Under the pieces are notes generated by a model that had not been told where the DNA came from, ran no database searches, and worked only from the letters and a program-made list of their open reading frames with translations. This document shows, piece after piece, positions 1-11,949 of a stretch of 64,000 bases of DNA; the stretch's first letter is position 1, and each line of letters begins with the position of its first letter. The stretch comes from Psammoneis japonica. Its lineage: Eukaryota. The stretch covers positions 1-64,000 of the forward strand of contig QPGO01000221.1 in assembly GCA_008632985.1 (NCBI GenBank), written 5' to 3'. A program made the position numbers and the translations under genes.

Positions 1-57
1 GCGCCAGCTTTGGGTTCTTTTGGCATTTGGTTGTCGCAGCGCAACAATGCTGAATGC

Positions 58-580
58 TCTTGACACGACTGTCGTGTGATTCGGGTGCTGTCGCTTGGCT
101 CCACAATTTTTTGGAGCCCCTCCCTCTTTGACCAAATTGAGAGATTCCTGTCGTGCAAACATCTTCAACACACTTGATCATGTGCATCCTGTTCACAGAT
201 GTTTGACTTCAACCATGTCATGCCACCCAGAACCTTGCCATTTTGTCGAGCTTTTGATGTCCTTGATTTCCGCTCGGGCTCATCTTCTCGAGATTCTGGG
301 CGAGCTTTGCAGAGTTCCGACAAGGTCTTGTGGCGTTCCTCATGCAGTCGCGGCCTCCTCTTGAAGTTCCAAGACACATTTGGCAACACAAGTGTGATGG
401 TCCGACTGCTCCTTGTGCAGTCGTTCCATTTTTTCATCCACGACATCCTCCACATCCTTGATTGGATGGTCGGGCGCGATTCATTTTCTGATTTCTTTGC
501 ACTTGAACGACAATTCAAAACGCTGAAGCTCCTCTTCTGCCAACTGAAGCTCACCCAAAACAGTCGCCACACCTTTGGAC
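58..580 (-). pseudogene. Inverted, TA-converted paralog of the upstream part of the SNF2/ATRX-like pseudogene (about 60570-61100)
   Basis: Translation KSNICEQDAHDQVC matches KSNIYEQDVYDQVC at about 60940-60988. Nucleotide similarity extends to about 61100 in reverse complement. Confidence 0.75.
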
Positions 581-1119
581 GCGCTCCAGGTCTGGGTGGG
601 ACCTCGCACTGCTGAGCTGTGACATCGACAGTTTTTTGAATCACATCGCATGTCGTGTGAGTGATTTTTTGACATTTTGTGTCATTTTGCGGTGCACTCA
701 TTGAGCGATCCGTCCAACAACTTTTGACATTTTTTGTTGCAGCGCGATTCTGTGATGTCTTGAGAATCGCGCAGGGCAGGTGCACTTGCAAAAACATCGA
801 GTGGCGAGAGGCACAATTGCACCACAAACTTGGCTGTTCATTTGATGTTGAAGATGAGCACATCCATCAATTAAATTCTGGTGCTGCGGAGCTTGCACGT
901 GGAATTCCACAGGCCCAATGTCACGCGCAGTCCCGCCTGGGGCTGGAGCGCGTCTTTGACCAGTCTGCGTCATTTTCATTTGGGCTGGCTGTGGTGCCTG
1001 CTGCAACAGTTTCAGGCAATGGGCACAAGACCACTTCGCTGCACAGTGTTGGACTGCAGCTTGCGAACATCAAGCCCCCATTCTTCATTGACGAGCTCGG
1101 CAACACCGGCGTGCCGCAA

Positions 1120-1400
1120 GCTCCAGCTGCCACAAAGAGAGCAGAACATTCTGCTTCCAGTGGAAGTGGTGGCAGCAAGGCGAGCACCACAGCCAAACAG
1201 ATGGATTTACGTGGCACATTGCAGCATGAAGAAGCAGCATGTCAGTGGGCACAAGTGAAGCAAACCTGGTCAAACTCGGCTTCCAGCCGAGCCAAAAGGC
1301 AACAGAGCCCAAAGACTGCAAAGAAAATGAAGAGCACCCCACGATTTGCGAAAAGTTGTGCTGGCCAGAGACCACAAACAATGGAATCTCCTGCGGAAGT
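1120..1400 (-). pseudogene. GPR1/FUN34/YaaH (SATP acetate transporter) family fragment, paralog of 60090-60500
   Basis: SSFSLQSLGSVAFWLGW and ICLAVVLALL match GSSFPLQSLGSIAFWLGW and ICSIVVLALL near 60210-60410. Frameshifted. Confidence 0.65.
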
Positions 1401-2189
1401 GCATGACCTTGCACACAGTGCACAAGTGTTTTTGACCCTGGTGTTTGAAGAGTGCACACAAAGAAGCCAGCCATTGTTGTCAGTGCACGCGTGCTGGAGT
1501 GTTCGCACCAGCAGCCGCCGCACTCGCCCCTGCAGGGATGGTGAGGGAGTCCAGCGACAAAGTTTGCACCCCCCCAGGAACGCAAGGGAAACAAGTGCAG
1601 CAGTTTGTTTCGCATGTTCAGCAGAACCACAGCGACAAAGTTTGCAGTCCCCCATGACATGGCACGCCCACCGCACCGGAGGGAGAATTTTTGATTTCGA
1701 AATTTTGTATTATCATTCAATGTCCCCGAATGTCATACTCTCGTCAGTACCGGGACAACATCGTACGCTTCTACGGAGTGGAACGGAATGTACCGGTATG
1801 CATTGCTGTACTGTACCTTTTATCAGTAGGCAAATCTCGTGGAGACAGCACGTCCAACTTTTCAGCATCCACCAGAAACCAGACAACATCTCTCCGCAGT
1901 TTATTAGTGTGGAAATGAAGATGGGATTATTTTATGCCAAGGACATGCTCATTCAAATGGATGTAGACGAACCGTAAGCTGGTGTCATGGAAACAATCTC
2001 GCCTGTAGTCACGGCCCGAGTCATATCCATTTTTGCCATTGATTTAAACTCGACAATGTCACCGCTTCCGTTGTCAGCACTTTTATGATAGGTGGCCTGC
2101 GTGGCCTGGACACAGGCGTCGAACAAGGCTGGAGTCGATTCGGTGTTTTGAAAGTCTGATTACGGGCTCTCATTTACCTGAATTTATAC

Positions 2190-3168
2190 ACCACCTTTTA
2201 CTATGAGCAGTGAGCAGTACCTTTTGTTCGGTACGGTCGCTCCGCTACGTCATTTATTCCGTCTAAGTGTTATCCAAGAGTTGCAAGCCTGTACCCGTCA
2301 TGATTATGGGAGCTCTCATGGGAAAGAAATATCCGCTCAAGAAATATATCAAGGTCGTCATGATTGTAGGTGGTGTGGCGCTCTTTATGGGAGGGTGAGT
2401 GTGTATAGTATGGAACAAACAAATACCTATCGTCGTCACGCCATTGTTGTTATAGCTGTCTTCTTACACAATCCTCGTTCCATCCATGTATCTTATTCTA
2501 CAATGGCAATTCCAAGTCGAGCAAGAATAGCAGTGCCGATGAAGATGTGGGTGGCGTATCGTCTCAAATGTTTGGTATTCTACTCTTGTTTATCAGTCTC
2601 TGCTATAACGGTGGCACGGGCGCGTACGAGGACAAGCTCATGAGCGTCCACTCGGTGGGACCCTTTGATTTAATGTACAATATTCAATTGGGCAAAACCA
2701 TCTTGGCGGGAGTATCGCTCCTTGTACTCAATCAAGTTCAAGTCCTTTTACAAATGTTTCAAGAAATGGGATTCTTATGGGTGGCACTCTGTTTGAGTGG
2801 TGCACTCGGACAAGTTATCATTTTTGTCACAATCGCCAAATTTGGGGCCCTTACGTGTTCCATAATTGGATTGGCACGCAAGGTTACGACACTGGTGGCG
2901 TCCATTTACTTTTATGGACATTCGCTGAATGGCATTCAATTTACCGGACTCGTCGTGAGTGTGTCTGCCATGGTTCTCAACTTTTTTGGAAAAAAGAGGG
3001 AGGTGGCGGAAATCATCAATAAGCACCACCGCCACCCGAGGATTAAGAAATGGAACAGCTTCTTCCGAATGAACCGAATACTATCATCCTCACGGTGATG
3101 ATGTCGAACTAGGACCGTTGGCCGAGAGTGGAAAAGAAAACTTGCACAATGCTTCTCTCGTAGCATAG
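2190..3168 (+). pseudogene. UDP-galactose transporter-related (SLC35B1/UAA family) 3' fragment, copy 1, TA-normal, with one intron
   Basis: [35 protein letters not shown] and FGALTCSIIGLARKVTTLVASIYFYGH are SLC35B1-type motifs. GTGAGT donor at 2395. The 5' end is missing and frameshifts are present. Confidence 0.85.
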
Positions 3169-3239
3169 TATACAGATAATAATGGTACTCTAAGCTAGAG
3201 TAATGGTTTGACTATATAGTTCGATACGTAGTATACTAA

Positions 3240-4542
3240 TAGGAACTGCAGGCTATTCACCATGGTTTGTGAATCTTTCTCTAGAGTCATCGACAAGAAC
3301 AGAAATATCACACGTGATTCGACTTGAAACGCTCATTCATGAGGAGCTTATGACACTACTCGTCGGTGCGTTGGCACCTGCGGTTGAGTTCCGCAAACTC
3401 TTCCGCAAACTGCTCCTCGGTGCGTTGGCGCTTCTCTTGGTGCCTACGGTTGAGTTCCGCAAGCAGTTCCGCAAGCTCTTCCGCAAACTGCTCGTCGTTG
3501 CGTTGGTGCTCCTGTTGGCGCCTGCGGATGAGTTCCGCAATCTCTTCCGCAAACTGCGCCTCTTCGCGTTGGCGCCTCTCTTGGTGCCTACGGTTGAGTT
3601 CCGCAATCTCTTCCGCAGACTGCTCCTCAGTGTGTTGGCGCCTCTCTTGGTGCCTACGGTTGAGTTCCGCAATCTCTTCCGCAAACTGCTTGTCGTTGCG
3701 TTGGTGCTCCTGTTGGCGCCTGCGGTTGAGTTCCGCAAACTCTTTCGCAGACTTTTCATGGTCCCGTTTAGATTTCTCGAAAGACATGACAGCCTGATTG
3801 TCTTGTTCTTGAGTGTACATCTTCGCAGAACGAGTTGGGGCTTGTCCGGCAGTCATCTTGGCGGCGGGACTGGACGTGGCAGAAGGAGTCTGCAGGGTCG
3901 GGCATTTGCTGTGCCTTTTGAGGAACTCTTCACGCTCCTCTTTTTGCGGGCGAATGAATTTCCAAAGTAATTCCAAAAGCTTGCCATTGGGTCCAGCGAA
4001 TCGCCCCACGAGGAACATCCTAAACGTTTTTCGATTTACAGACTTCGCAGCTGGGTCATGAATGACATGTTCTTGCCTCAACTTGTCCACCAAAGGCTGT
4101 AAATCATTTGGGTCTTGAACCACGTGAAAGCAATTGCCGCCTTGCATGAGGACTGGAGGAGAGTCCTTGGTGGTTTGCAGTTTCCAACCGTTGGCTTTGA
4201 AGCAAAAGTTTGGCTTGCCGCACAACTCAAACTTGCACTCGTTTTTGCTTGGCGCTTCGATTGCTCTATCCATGACGTCTGGGGTGAGGATCTTGAAGTT
4301 TCGGCAAAGATGCTCTCCCCGATCCTGGTTTGGCACGTCCTCGTCAGGAAAGATGGCGGTGAAAGAATGCTGTTCCACAAAAACAAACAATGCGACACGA
4401 GCAATGATGAGCAAAAGATGGACGCACTGGTGCGCGTAGAAAAGATGCTGAGTTCAACCATCTCACCTTTCCTTCCTCGGCAGCACTTGGTGATTCGGTT
4501 TCAACCACAGCACCAACAGAACGCGGCGAATCGTTGTTGAAC
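3240..4542 (-). pseudogene. Family-X gene copy 1, 3' part (separated from its 5' part at 10431-10756 by insertions)
   Basis: SFTAIFPDEDVPNQDRGE...VVQDPNDL is collinear with the intact copy at 33486-35120. Homology stops at 4542 and resumes at 5770-5777 and 10431. Confidence 0.85.
3360..3760 (-). repeat. Coding tandem repeat of about 60 bp units (coiled-coil EEQFAEEIAELNRRHQERRQ)
   Basis: About six copies of 'cggttgagttccgcaa.ctcttccgcaaactgc' are visible on the plus strand. Confidence 0.9.
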
Positions 4543-5769
4543 AGGCATCCTTGCGGTGCGTGTCTGATGTTTTCCAACCCACCAGTTCACACTTGTGCCA
4601 GTCCGGGAAACCGTCATGTTGATGCACGAAGTGGATTTCCGCATCGCTGTGAAACCTGCAGGCGGCGACGGCGGCGTTCACACCGGTTCCGCATCGCTTC
4701 CAGTCGCGGTGCCGCCACATGCCTGCAACTCTTTTTTTGTGGGAACCTCGTTTGCCTGTAAACCGTTGCTCAATCAGAGCTGTCATTGGACGTGCGACCG
4801 ATTCGTTTGGGTTGCCGGGGCCGTGAGTTTCGTCACAGTGAATGTCCGCGTGGCGTGCAAGTCGGAGCTGATCGCCTCGCATCATGGTCTGGCTGCAGCT
4901 GGTCCATGACACTGCCAAGTTCTTCCAAGCAGCAGATTGAATGACACAACTCAATGTCTTGTCCTCAGCAACACGAGACAGAGCATCCGCAGGCAGCTTG
5001 TCATGAGCTGATGCAAACGCAGTGAGCAAATTTTGGGTGCATCGCTCCTTGTGTGCCACCAGAGCGACGTCAACTGCCTCTGATCTCACAACGAATTTTG
5101 GATTGGGAGGTTTGTGCTCCTCCCAAGATGAGTGATGCTGCAGTGACCAAATGACACGCTTGGCCGACTTCGGCGTGACGTCTCGTTTCGACACTGCCTC
5201 CAAGAAGTGCCGGTCGACCTGGTCTCGCGTCAAGCAAGGCGGCCCCGACAGAGCCGGCGATTCATCCACCCACCTTTTGCACGCATTCCACTCAGTGACG
5301 TGGGTGCCATCCACCTTGGGTGGTGTGATGGTTTGGGCCAACAAGTCTCCTGTGGAGACCTGAGACGCCATCTTGGGTCTGTTCTGCTCATTGTGATGGC
5401 CTCGAGGGATCGTCTTTTGGGGTGCACCCACCCCACTGTCAAAAGAAAAGAGGTTTTTGAAATCAAACGCTCACTTGTGGCGTTCGACAAGTGGAGTCGT
5501 TTCGAATCATGTTGACATTCGAGTGGGAAGAAAGAACATTTCGACAAGTGGATTTTGTGTCTTGTCCTGTTCTGAAGGTTCTTATCTTCACTGACCACAG
5601 GCCCATCCGGGGTCCGGGAACCGGTTCCGGGGGTGGTTCCGGCGCCGGCCTCCTACGGGCAGGAACCACTGAGGACTCCCCCCGGTTAGCGCTGTCAACC
5701 CGTGACGTCAGGGGGAAGCGCGCCCCCCAATCAGCGGTGGTTGTTCCTGTCAACCGGTGTCGCGCGACC
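4543..5769 (-). mobile_element. Crypton-like tyrosine-recombinase transposon fragment, 3'-truncated
   Basis: ORF 4463-5431 has MMRGDQLR, GKRG, GMWRHRDWKRCGTG..A...RF and FPDW, typical of Crypton/Ndc10-type YR. The sequence is absent from the empty site at about 34891-34910. GC-rich palindromic end at about 5600-5769. Confidence 0.7.
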
Positions 5770-5777
5770 GGCTGCTC

Positions 5778-6144
5778 TGCAGCAGCGACTGTTGTGTGCA
5801 CATTTATGATTGCACATTATTTGCATGTCAATCGCACCACAGTCGTGGATGCGTACAAAGGACAGAACGATCACACAGAGTTGATCGGATGTCGAGAATT
5901 GCAAATACGATCGATTGACGATGTTGACATCTTGCGTGTCAATGGCAATCGCATCCGGACAATCTGTTGTCACGAACATGTTCTCCGAAAGGCCTTTTGT
6001 CTGTAGAAGCAGTGCAGAAGCTTTGGGCCATTGAGAACTCGTTCGGAGAAAACCAAAAATCACAGAGCAAAATTTAATCTCACAATTTCCACTTTTCGCA
6101 CACTGTTCTACTTTCGTTTACACTCGTTCTTCGAGCACAGTGCA
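5778..6144 (+). repeat. 5' LTR
   Basis: Direct repeat of 10063-10430. Starts TGCAGCA and ends CAGTGCA. Confidence 0.95.
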
Positions 6145-9100
6145 TTGTGTAGAACGAATCGCATCAGTTCTGCTGGAATCGATTTCCGAGCGGAAGAAGC
6201 TCAAGCCGAGCAGTGCCTCAAGATGGAACGCTGTTTTTCGTCTGCCAGACAAGAGGATTCGCTTTAATGCGGTCTGTTCCAAGCACCCAAGGATCAAGGG
6301 CTCTACAAGTGCACCGCATTGTCAAAAAATCTACACCGATTCATGGTTGCAGAGAATGCAAGTCCCGAGTCGATGTGGTCCGAGAAATGTGTCTGCCAAG
6401 CAAGGAGAGACTGTTGGAGAGTTTTTGGAGACCGAATTAACGAGCCTCGAGTCCAAGAGCAAGATGGAACCGTTGGAAAGTACCTCAAGAGTCTCATGTC
6501 TCATGTCTTTCCAAGAATTGCACTTCAGAATCAAAATCATTGTTTTCAAGACGATCTGAAGAAACCAGAGCTGCTTGACAGCAAGAAAGCCTCTGTCAGA
6601 CCCAAGAGGTCAATGATGAGAGTCCATGCGACCCTCAGATGGATTCTAAGTCGAATCTAGCGGGAAACCGAGCGCTGATTTGTCAGCTGTCACTCGCACC
6701 GCAAGGATGGCAGCATCAGTCTGCTGTCCAAAACAATCAACTGTTGCAACTCATCCTTGATGAACTGACCAAGTTTTGAGTCATCTAAAGGTCGTTCATG
6801 ACGTCCGTGACAAAAAAACATGTCAACTCAGGCTCTGATGGCGCAGTTGGTTCCAAAATAAAAAAGGTTCCAAATTTGGTTCCAAAAATGGTCTCCTGTG
6901 TGGTGCCAGAACAATCCAAAGTGAATGCAAGGTCTCATCTTTGAAAAAAGAACACCCACATCACGGATTGAAGCCATTCTAAAAATGAACTAGCAAAAGA
7001 GTGCAAGGGTGACTCTGAAAGAGACCCAAAAATGCGCCGTTCAAATGGCAATCGCACGCGGTCGCGTCGCGACAACGAAAATGCCGCTCGCAAAAAAAGA
7101 GATGAACGTCATGATTGATCAGGCGGTTCAAAAAATGCTCAAAGCGAGTTCCTTGAACAAAGAAAAAGAGCATGAGGGCAAAGAATCAGATTCTGATGCC
7201 CTCAGTGAAGAAAAACACCAATTTGATCGGATGATCCAGACTGAATCCGAAGAACAATTTTGGTCTGTTCACGAATTGTGTGCTTTGCTGGACATTAGGA
7301 AGCCTAGAAAAAAGGCAGAAATAATTCACACTAGTCCAGGAGTCATCATTTATATGAATACTTCCTTGGGAAAGGAGAGAAAAAAAAGCATCTACGTGTT
7401 CCTATCGACAACGGAACATCGTCAACCATAATTTTGCGCAAATTCGTGCGAAAGTTGAGAACACAAGAATCCGCCACCAAAAACTTGGGAAACCAAGGGT
7501 GAGCTCTTTACGACTGATAGTAAACACCGAATTCAGTTCTCACTATGCGAAATTTAAGGAATACTGATATTCAAACAGGATATGTTGAAAACACCAAATT
7601 TTCTTCAGGTTCAAATGATGTGATCATGGGACGCGACTTAATGTCCAGTCCTGCAAGTCATATTGGACTACGCAAATGAAGAAATCTAATGGGAAGAAGC
7701 AATTACCTTATGAAGAATGTTCATACACTCTTCGATGCCGATGTTTTCAAGCTGAAAACCGATCACATTGAAAAATATGACGCCGTGAATAGAGTTAATA
7801 ACGGAACCAATGGTCCTCGACTCACATTATCACGCCATCGATCTTAATCAAGTGACAACTACGGCGATGCATCTAACCCAAATGAACACAACCAACTCAA
7901 TCTTCTTCTTAAGAGGTTGAAATCGTTTTGGAAAGTTCCTCAGACGAATGTATGGGAAGCATCAGTGGATCTCATCGTGGAAAATCTGACGCGATTCCAC
8001 GACGCGTGAGAACCTTCTCCTATCATAGTCTTTGGAGGCGTCCAATCAAAAGGAGTTTGACCTATTATGAAAGATTGAAGTCTTAAGAATGAAATTACTC
8101 TGAATAAGTCGCTCTGAGACTCATTGTCTAAAGAAAACAGGTCGAGTTCGACCGTATCCGACACTCAGAAGCTTAGTAAAAGGTTCATACACGTAGTGTA
8201 TCCTTTACCCAATATTCAGGAAATACTATTGAAGCAAGAACGTTTCATATATGTAATCTATTTGATTCAAATATGGAATGCCACCATGTCAAATAAAAAA
8301 AGCACACGTCGTGCTCACACGAAAATCATGCCGTAGGGAGAAAATGAGTACTATAGACTTCCAATGAGAATCTATAGAGCCCCAGATATTTTTAAACAAC
8401 ACATGAGTGAACTCATAACAGGTTTGAAGTTGTCAGAACGACTGTATATGATCGTTTATACCTGACAAAAGGTGACTTCAAAATATCACCTGTACAAGTG
8501 ACAGCTTAATACGGCATTCAAACGACTAGAACAGTCGCTTAGAAGGTTAACAACAAAAGTCCTTCACTATTCAACTTGAAATAAACTATCAAGACTTCCA
8601 TACGTAACGATATGCAATCGATTACAAAGAAAATGGAGGCGATTCAAGCAATCGCAACACGAGAAAAACGTAAAGAACACTACGACATCTCGTTGTCATA
8701 CGTTACTATTATCGAGACATGTAGTCTCAACGATCTCCTGTACAATACTAGCCAAATTCACCTCAATAAAGGTCAAACGGCAAAAGTACAAGTACGGAAC
8801 GAAAAGTCTCCGAAAATATGGAGCGTATCAAATCAAAAACTATATTGTTATCATACACGTATTTCAATATTATACGTTACAACGGAAAAAAGAACTTCTG
8901 TCCATAGTGAAAACACTTAAAAAATTCCGAAATATACTGTTTGGCCAACAGATTTATACATACACGGATCATAAGACACAACGGACAAAGTCATACGTTG
9001 ACAACTTCAGTCCCGAATTAGAATACAACGAGGGCAAGGCGAACATCGTCGCGATAGACGCGATCAGCCGACTTACTATAGAAAATTGAATCCTACGACA

Positions 9101-10062
9101 ATGTTCTACCGTTAAAACGGGTTAAAGACATTCCCTCCAAATTGTCGGACGCGACATGTCATACGAACACTTTTCGTGGAGGCGAGCGAGATCGAAAAAT
9201 GCTCATGTCACAAGGATAAAATCGCCTTTTTAAAGGACGATTTAGGAAAAAACAGTGACAGATTGGCACACATTATACGCATCCACTTCACACTGGCAAA
9301 AGACAATCTCACAACACCCGTACGGTTGTATTGTACAATGCACGAGGCAAGACATTAAAATGTGCATCATGTCGACACACGAGATGTGCCAAAGATCTAG
9401 AAAAAGAAAAGAAAAATGGACATTTGTCCACTCAGTGCACGAAACCAGTGCCTTTGGAATGACAAAATGGCGCCAGCATGTCAGAAAGAAACGTCCAAAC
9501 AACGATTAAAATCCAACTGACAGATGGTTGAAGTGCAAAAAAAAAAAATCCACAATGGAACTCACAACCATCACAGGATTGATCATCAAGACGAAATGGT
9601 CACAATGTCTTTGACCATCGTTTGTTGTCACTTGTGAAACGTGGCAGTGCAGCAGAGCAACATGGCACACAAAGTGAGCCCGCCAAACTACATGAAATCC
9701 ACAAGCAAGTGAGTGAATGCCACAATTGAGAGCGTGCATTAAGTGCTGGGCACGATGCTGTGTGCAATCGATGTCAGGAAAAACACTTGCTCCAGGACAA
9801 CCCAGTCCTTGTGTTCATGTCAACAAGAACGTCAATGAGAACACTCGACGCAATGCTGTGTGCACACACATCAAGTGAGAAACAAACAATGTCACTCTCA
9901 AAAGACATTCGGAAATTGGAACAGCCCTGCATTGCCCATGCAAAACAACAACAGTCATTGCCAATGGCACAATGCAGTGAAAGTGGAGACATTGTTGACA
10001 CTGTCGATGTCCGTCGAATGATCCACTTGCAAATGACTCCAATGTGCAATTAGGGAGGCGAA

Positions 10063-10430
10063 TGCAGCATGCGACTGTCACACACATGTTTGTGATCATG
10101 TGTTGTTTGTGTGTCAATCGCGCCACAGTCGTGGATGCGTGCAAAGGACAGAACGATCACACAGAGTTGATCGGATGTCGAGAATTGCAAATGCGATCGA
10201 TTGACGATGTTGACATCTTGCGTGTCAGTGGCAATCGCATCCGGACAATCTGTTGTCACGAACACATTCTCCGAAAGGCCTTTTGTCTGTAGAAGCAGTG
10301 CAGAAGCTTTGGGCCATTGAGAGCTCGTTCGGAGAAAACCAAAAATCACAGAGCAAAATTTAATCTCACAATTTCCACTTTTCGCACACTGTTCTACTTT
10401 CGTTTGCACTCGTTCTTCGAGCACAGTGCA
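10063..10430 (+). repeat. 3' LTR
   Basis: Direct repeat of 5778-6144, preceded by a polypurine tract and followed by the TSD GCTC. Confidence 0.95.
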
Positions 10431-10756
10431 GCTCTACGCCAGCGAAATGAGGGGAAGCGAACTCATCCTTGGTGTCATTCGAACGCAGAGATGCAAGCTC
10501 GTCAGCGGTGTTGTTTGAACGCGGAGAGAAAAACACGCGCGCAAAATTTTCTGGGTTAAAAAATCTCACCTTTCTTTCCTCGGGTTCTGTTCGAACGCAG
10601 AGATGCAAGCTCGTCGGCGGTGTTGTTGGAACGCGGTGAGAACAACTCGTCGCCGGAAGAGTGCGGCGATCGCAATCCCTCCGAGTCGCTCCTGTCGTTG
10701 TCATTGTCGTTGGCTCCGCCAGCCACTGCGGAGAGAGCGCCTTTGGAGAAGTTCAT
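10431..10756 (-). pseudogene. Family-X gene copy 1, 5' part
   Basis: MNFSKGALSAVAGGANDNDNDRSDSEGLRSP matches the start of the 33486-35120 ORF. It contains an internal duplication of the ADELASLRSN segment. Confidence 0.85.
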
Positions 10757-10879
10757 CGTGAGAATGGCATCAATGCAATGTCAAATGCTCAATGCTGTTG
10801 AGTCGGGTTGAGTTGTGACGGTTGTGATGCGAGTGCTTTTGCGACGCGCTGCGATTTCAGATTCGAGTTGTGATTCACT

Positions 10880-11060
10880 CCGCAGAGCCTGCGTGGCTTG
10901 ATGTGCCACAGTGTTGGTTCTTCGCAGAAGTCTGGCATGTTTCCACCCAACGGATCTTTTTCGAATTTACAGCAGCGCGTGCGCGCGCATGCGCGTCTTT
11001 CAAATTCCGCGTCCCGCTAAAAACATCGCACGCGACGTCATCATTTCATCGGCCTGTCTG
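10880..11060 (-). promoter_or_regulatory. Family-X upstream module, copy 1 (TA-converted, E2F-like site altered)
   Basis: Homologous to 20770-20960, 35230-35402 and inverted 49700-49890. It lies upstream of the ATG at 10756. Confidence 0.6.
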
Positions 11061-11949
11061 CATGACATGTGGTGAATTGTGGACTTTGAAGCTTGTTGCT
11101 GTGCTGCCGGCAGTCTAATCACAGAAAGCCCTTCCAAATTCACTCAAATGTTAAGACCACCCTTGGCAGACTGGCCGTCAATCAAGATGAGTGCCCATTG
11201 ACAAATCACCCGATGACGGCAGTGCAGCAGAAGCACACGCAGGGCCCATGCAGCAGCAGACCTCTGCTCTGGTCAGGGGGCTGACAGCCACACTCACCAG
11301 AGTCAACGAATGAATGACAATGCTTCCTTCACCTCTGGCGGAAACCTTTTGAATCATGCATGAGGTCCCCATTCGCATGACCCCACTTTCTCTGCTCCAA
11401 ACCAGCTCACAATTTTCACAACGACAAAGTCGCAACACATCTTCTTTTTCAGCGCCTGGTGCGTGCACAGGGCACAACATTGTCAATCAAATGATGGTTT
11501 TTCTGGCTCATCGCCAACGAATGAACTTTGTCTCAAAGCGAGTTTTCCCCAACAAACCACCCAACTCACATTCATGGGAATGCAGCAACTGGCGACAAAA
11601 CACCTTGTGTCCCTCCTGGGTGATGCTTCTGCTGCCAGTCATCACTGACGTCGATCGCGTCTGCACGTGGCTGGATGTGAGAAACTGCTGGATGGCTGGT
11701 GTGCATGTTTGTGCGGCACATGCGCAGTTCCGCACTTGCCATGCCGCCGGCCTGTGCCGCACTGCCGACCAACCAAATGTCTCCTCCCAGGCAGATGGAC
11801 CGGCGACCAACCGCGCCGCGTGCAAACCTCCTCAAGACCGTCTGTCCGCACCCTCGGCCCATCTTTTTTCCACACCGGCCTCGGGCACAAAAATTGAGAA
11901 AAGCGCGGTCACCATGGTGCGGTTGTTGCTGTTGCGGCTGTTGCTCTCT

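Larger units (their letters stand above)
5778..10430 (+). mobile_element. Degenerate full-length Ty3/Gypsy LTR retrotransposon
   Basis: Two TG...CA LTRs, 4-bp TSD GCTC (5774-5777 and 10431-10434), and PPT agggaggcgaa at 10052-10062. Remnant order is protease (DVIMGRDLM), RT (YPLPNIQEIL, RLPM), RNase H (YTDHK, YNEGKANIVA), then integrase-like sequence. Confidence 0.92.

Noticed and set aside
679..1977. 432-aa plus-strand ORF
   Set aside because: Antisense to recognisable SATP remnants, spans a compositional border, and is open mainly through TA depletion.
3360..3760. CRISPR-like array
   Set aside because: The units are contiguous in-frame coding repeats without unique spacers, there are no cas genes, and the context is eukaryotic.
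3269..3970. Leu-rich repeat membrane-like protein on the plus strand
   Set aside because: Antisense shadow of the coiled-coil repeat of family X.
5790..5830. CpG deamination as the sole cause of TG/CA excess
   Set aside because: It cannot explain the missing TA, the TA/TG pairs, or the Tyr to Cys/His changes, and CG is retained in several converted blocks.
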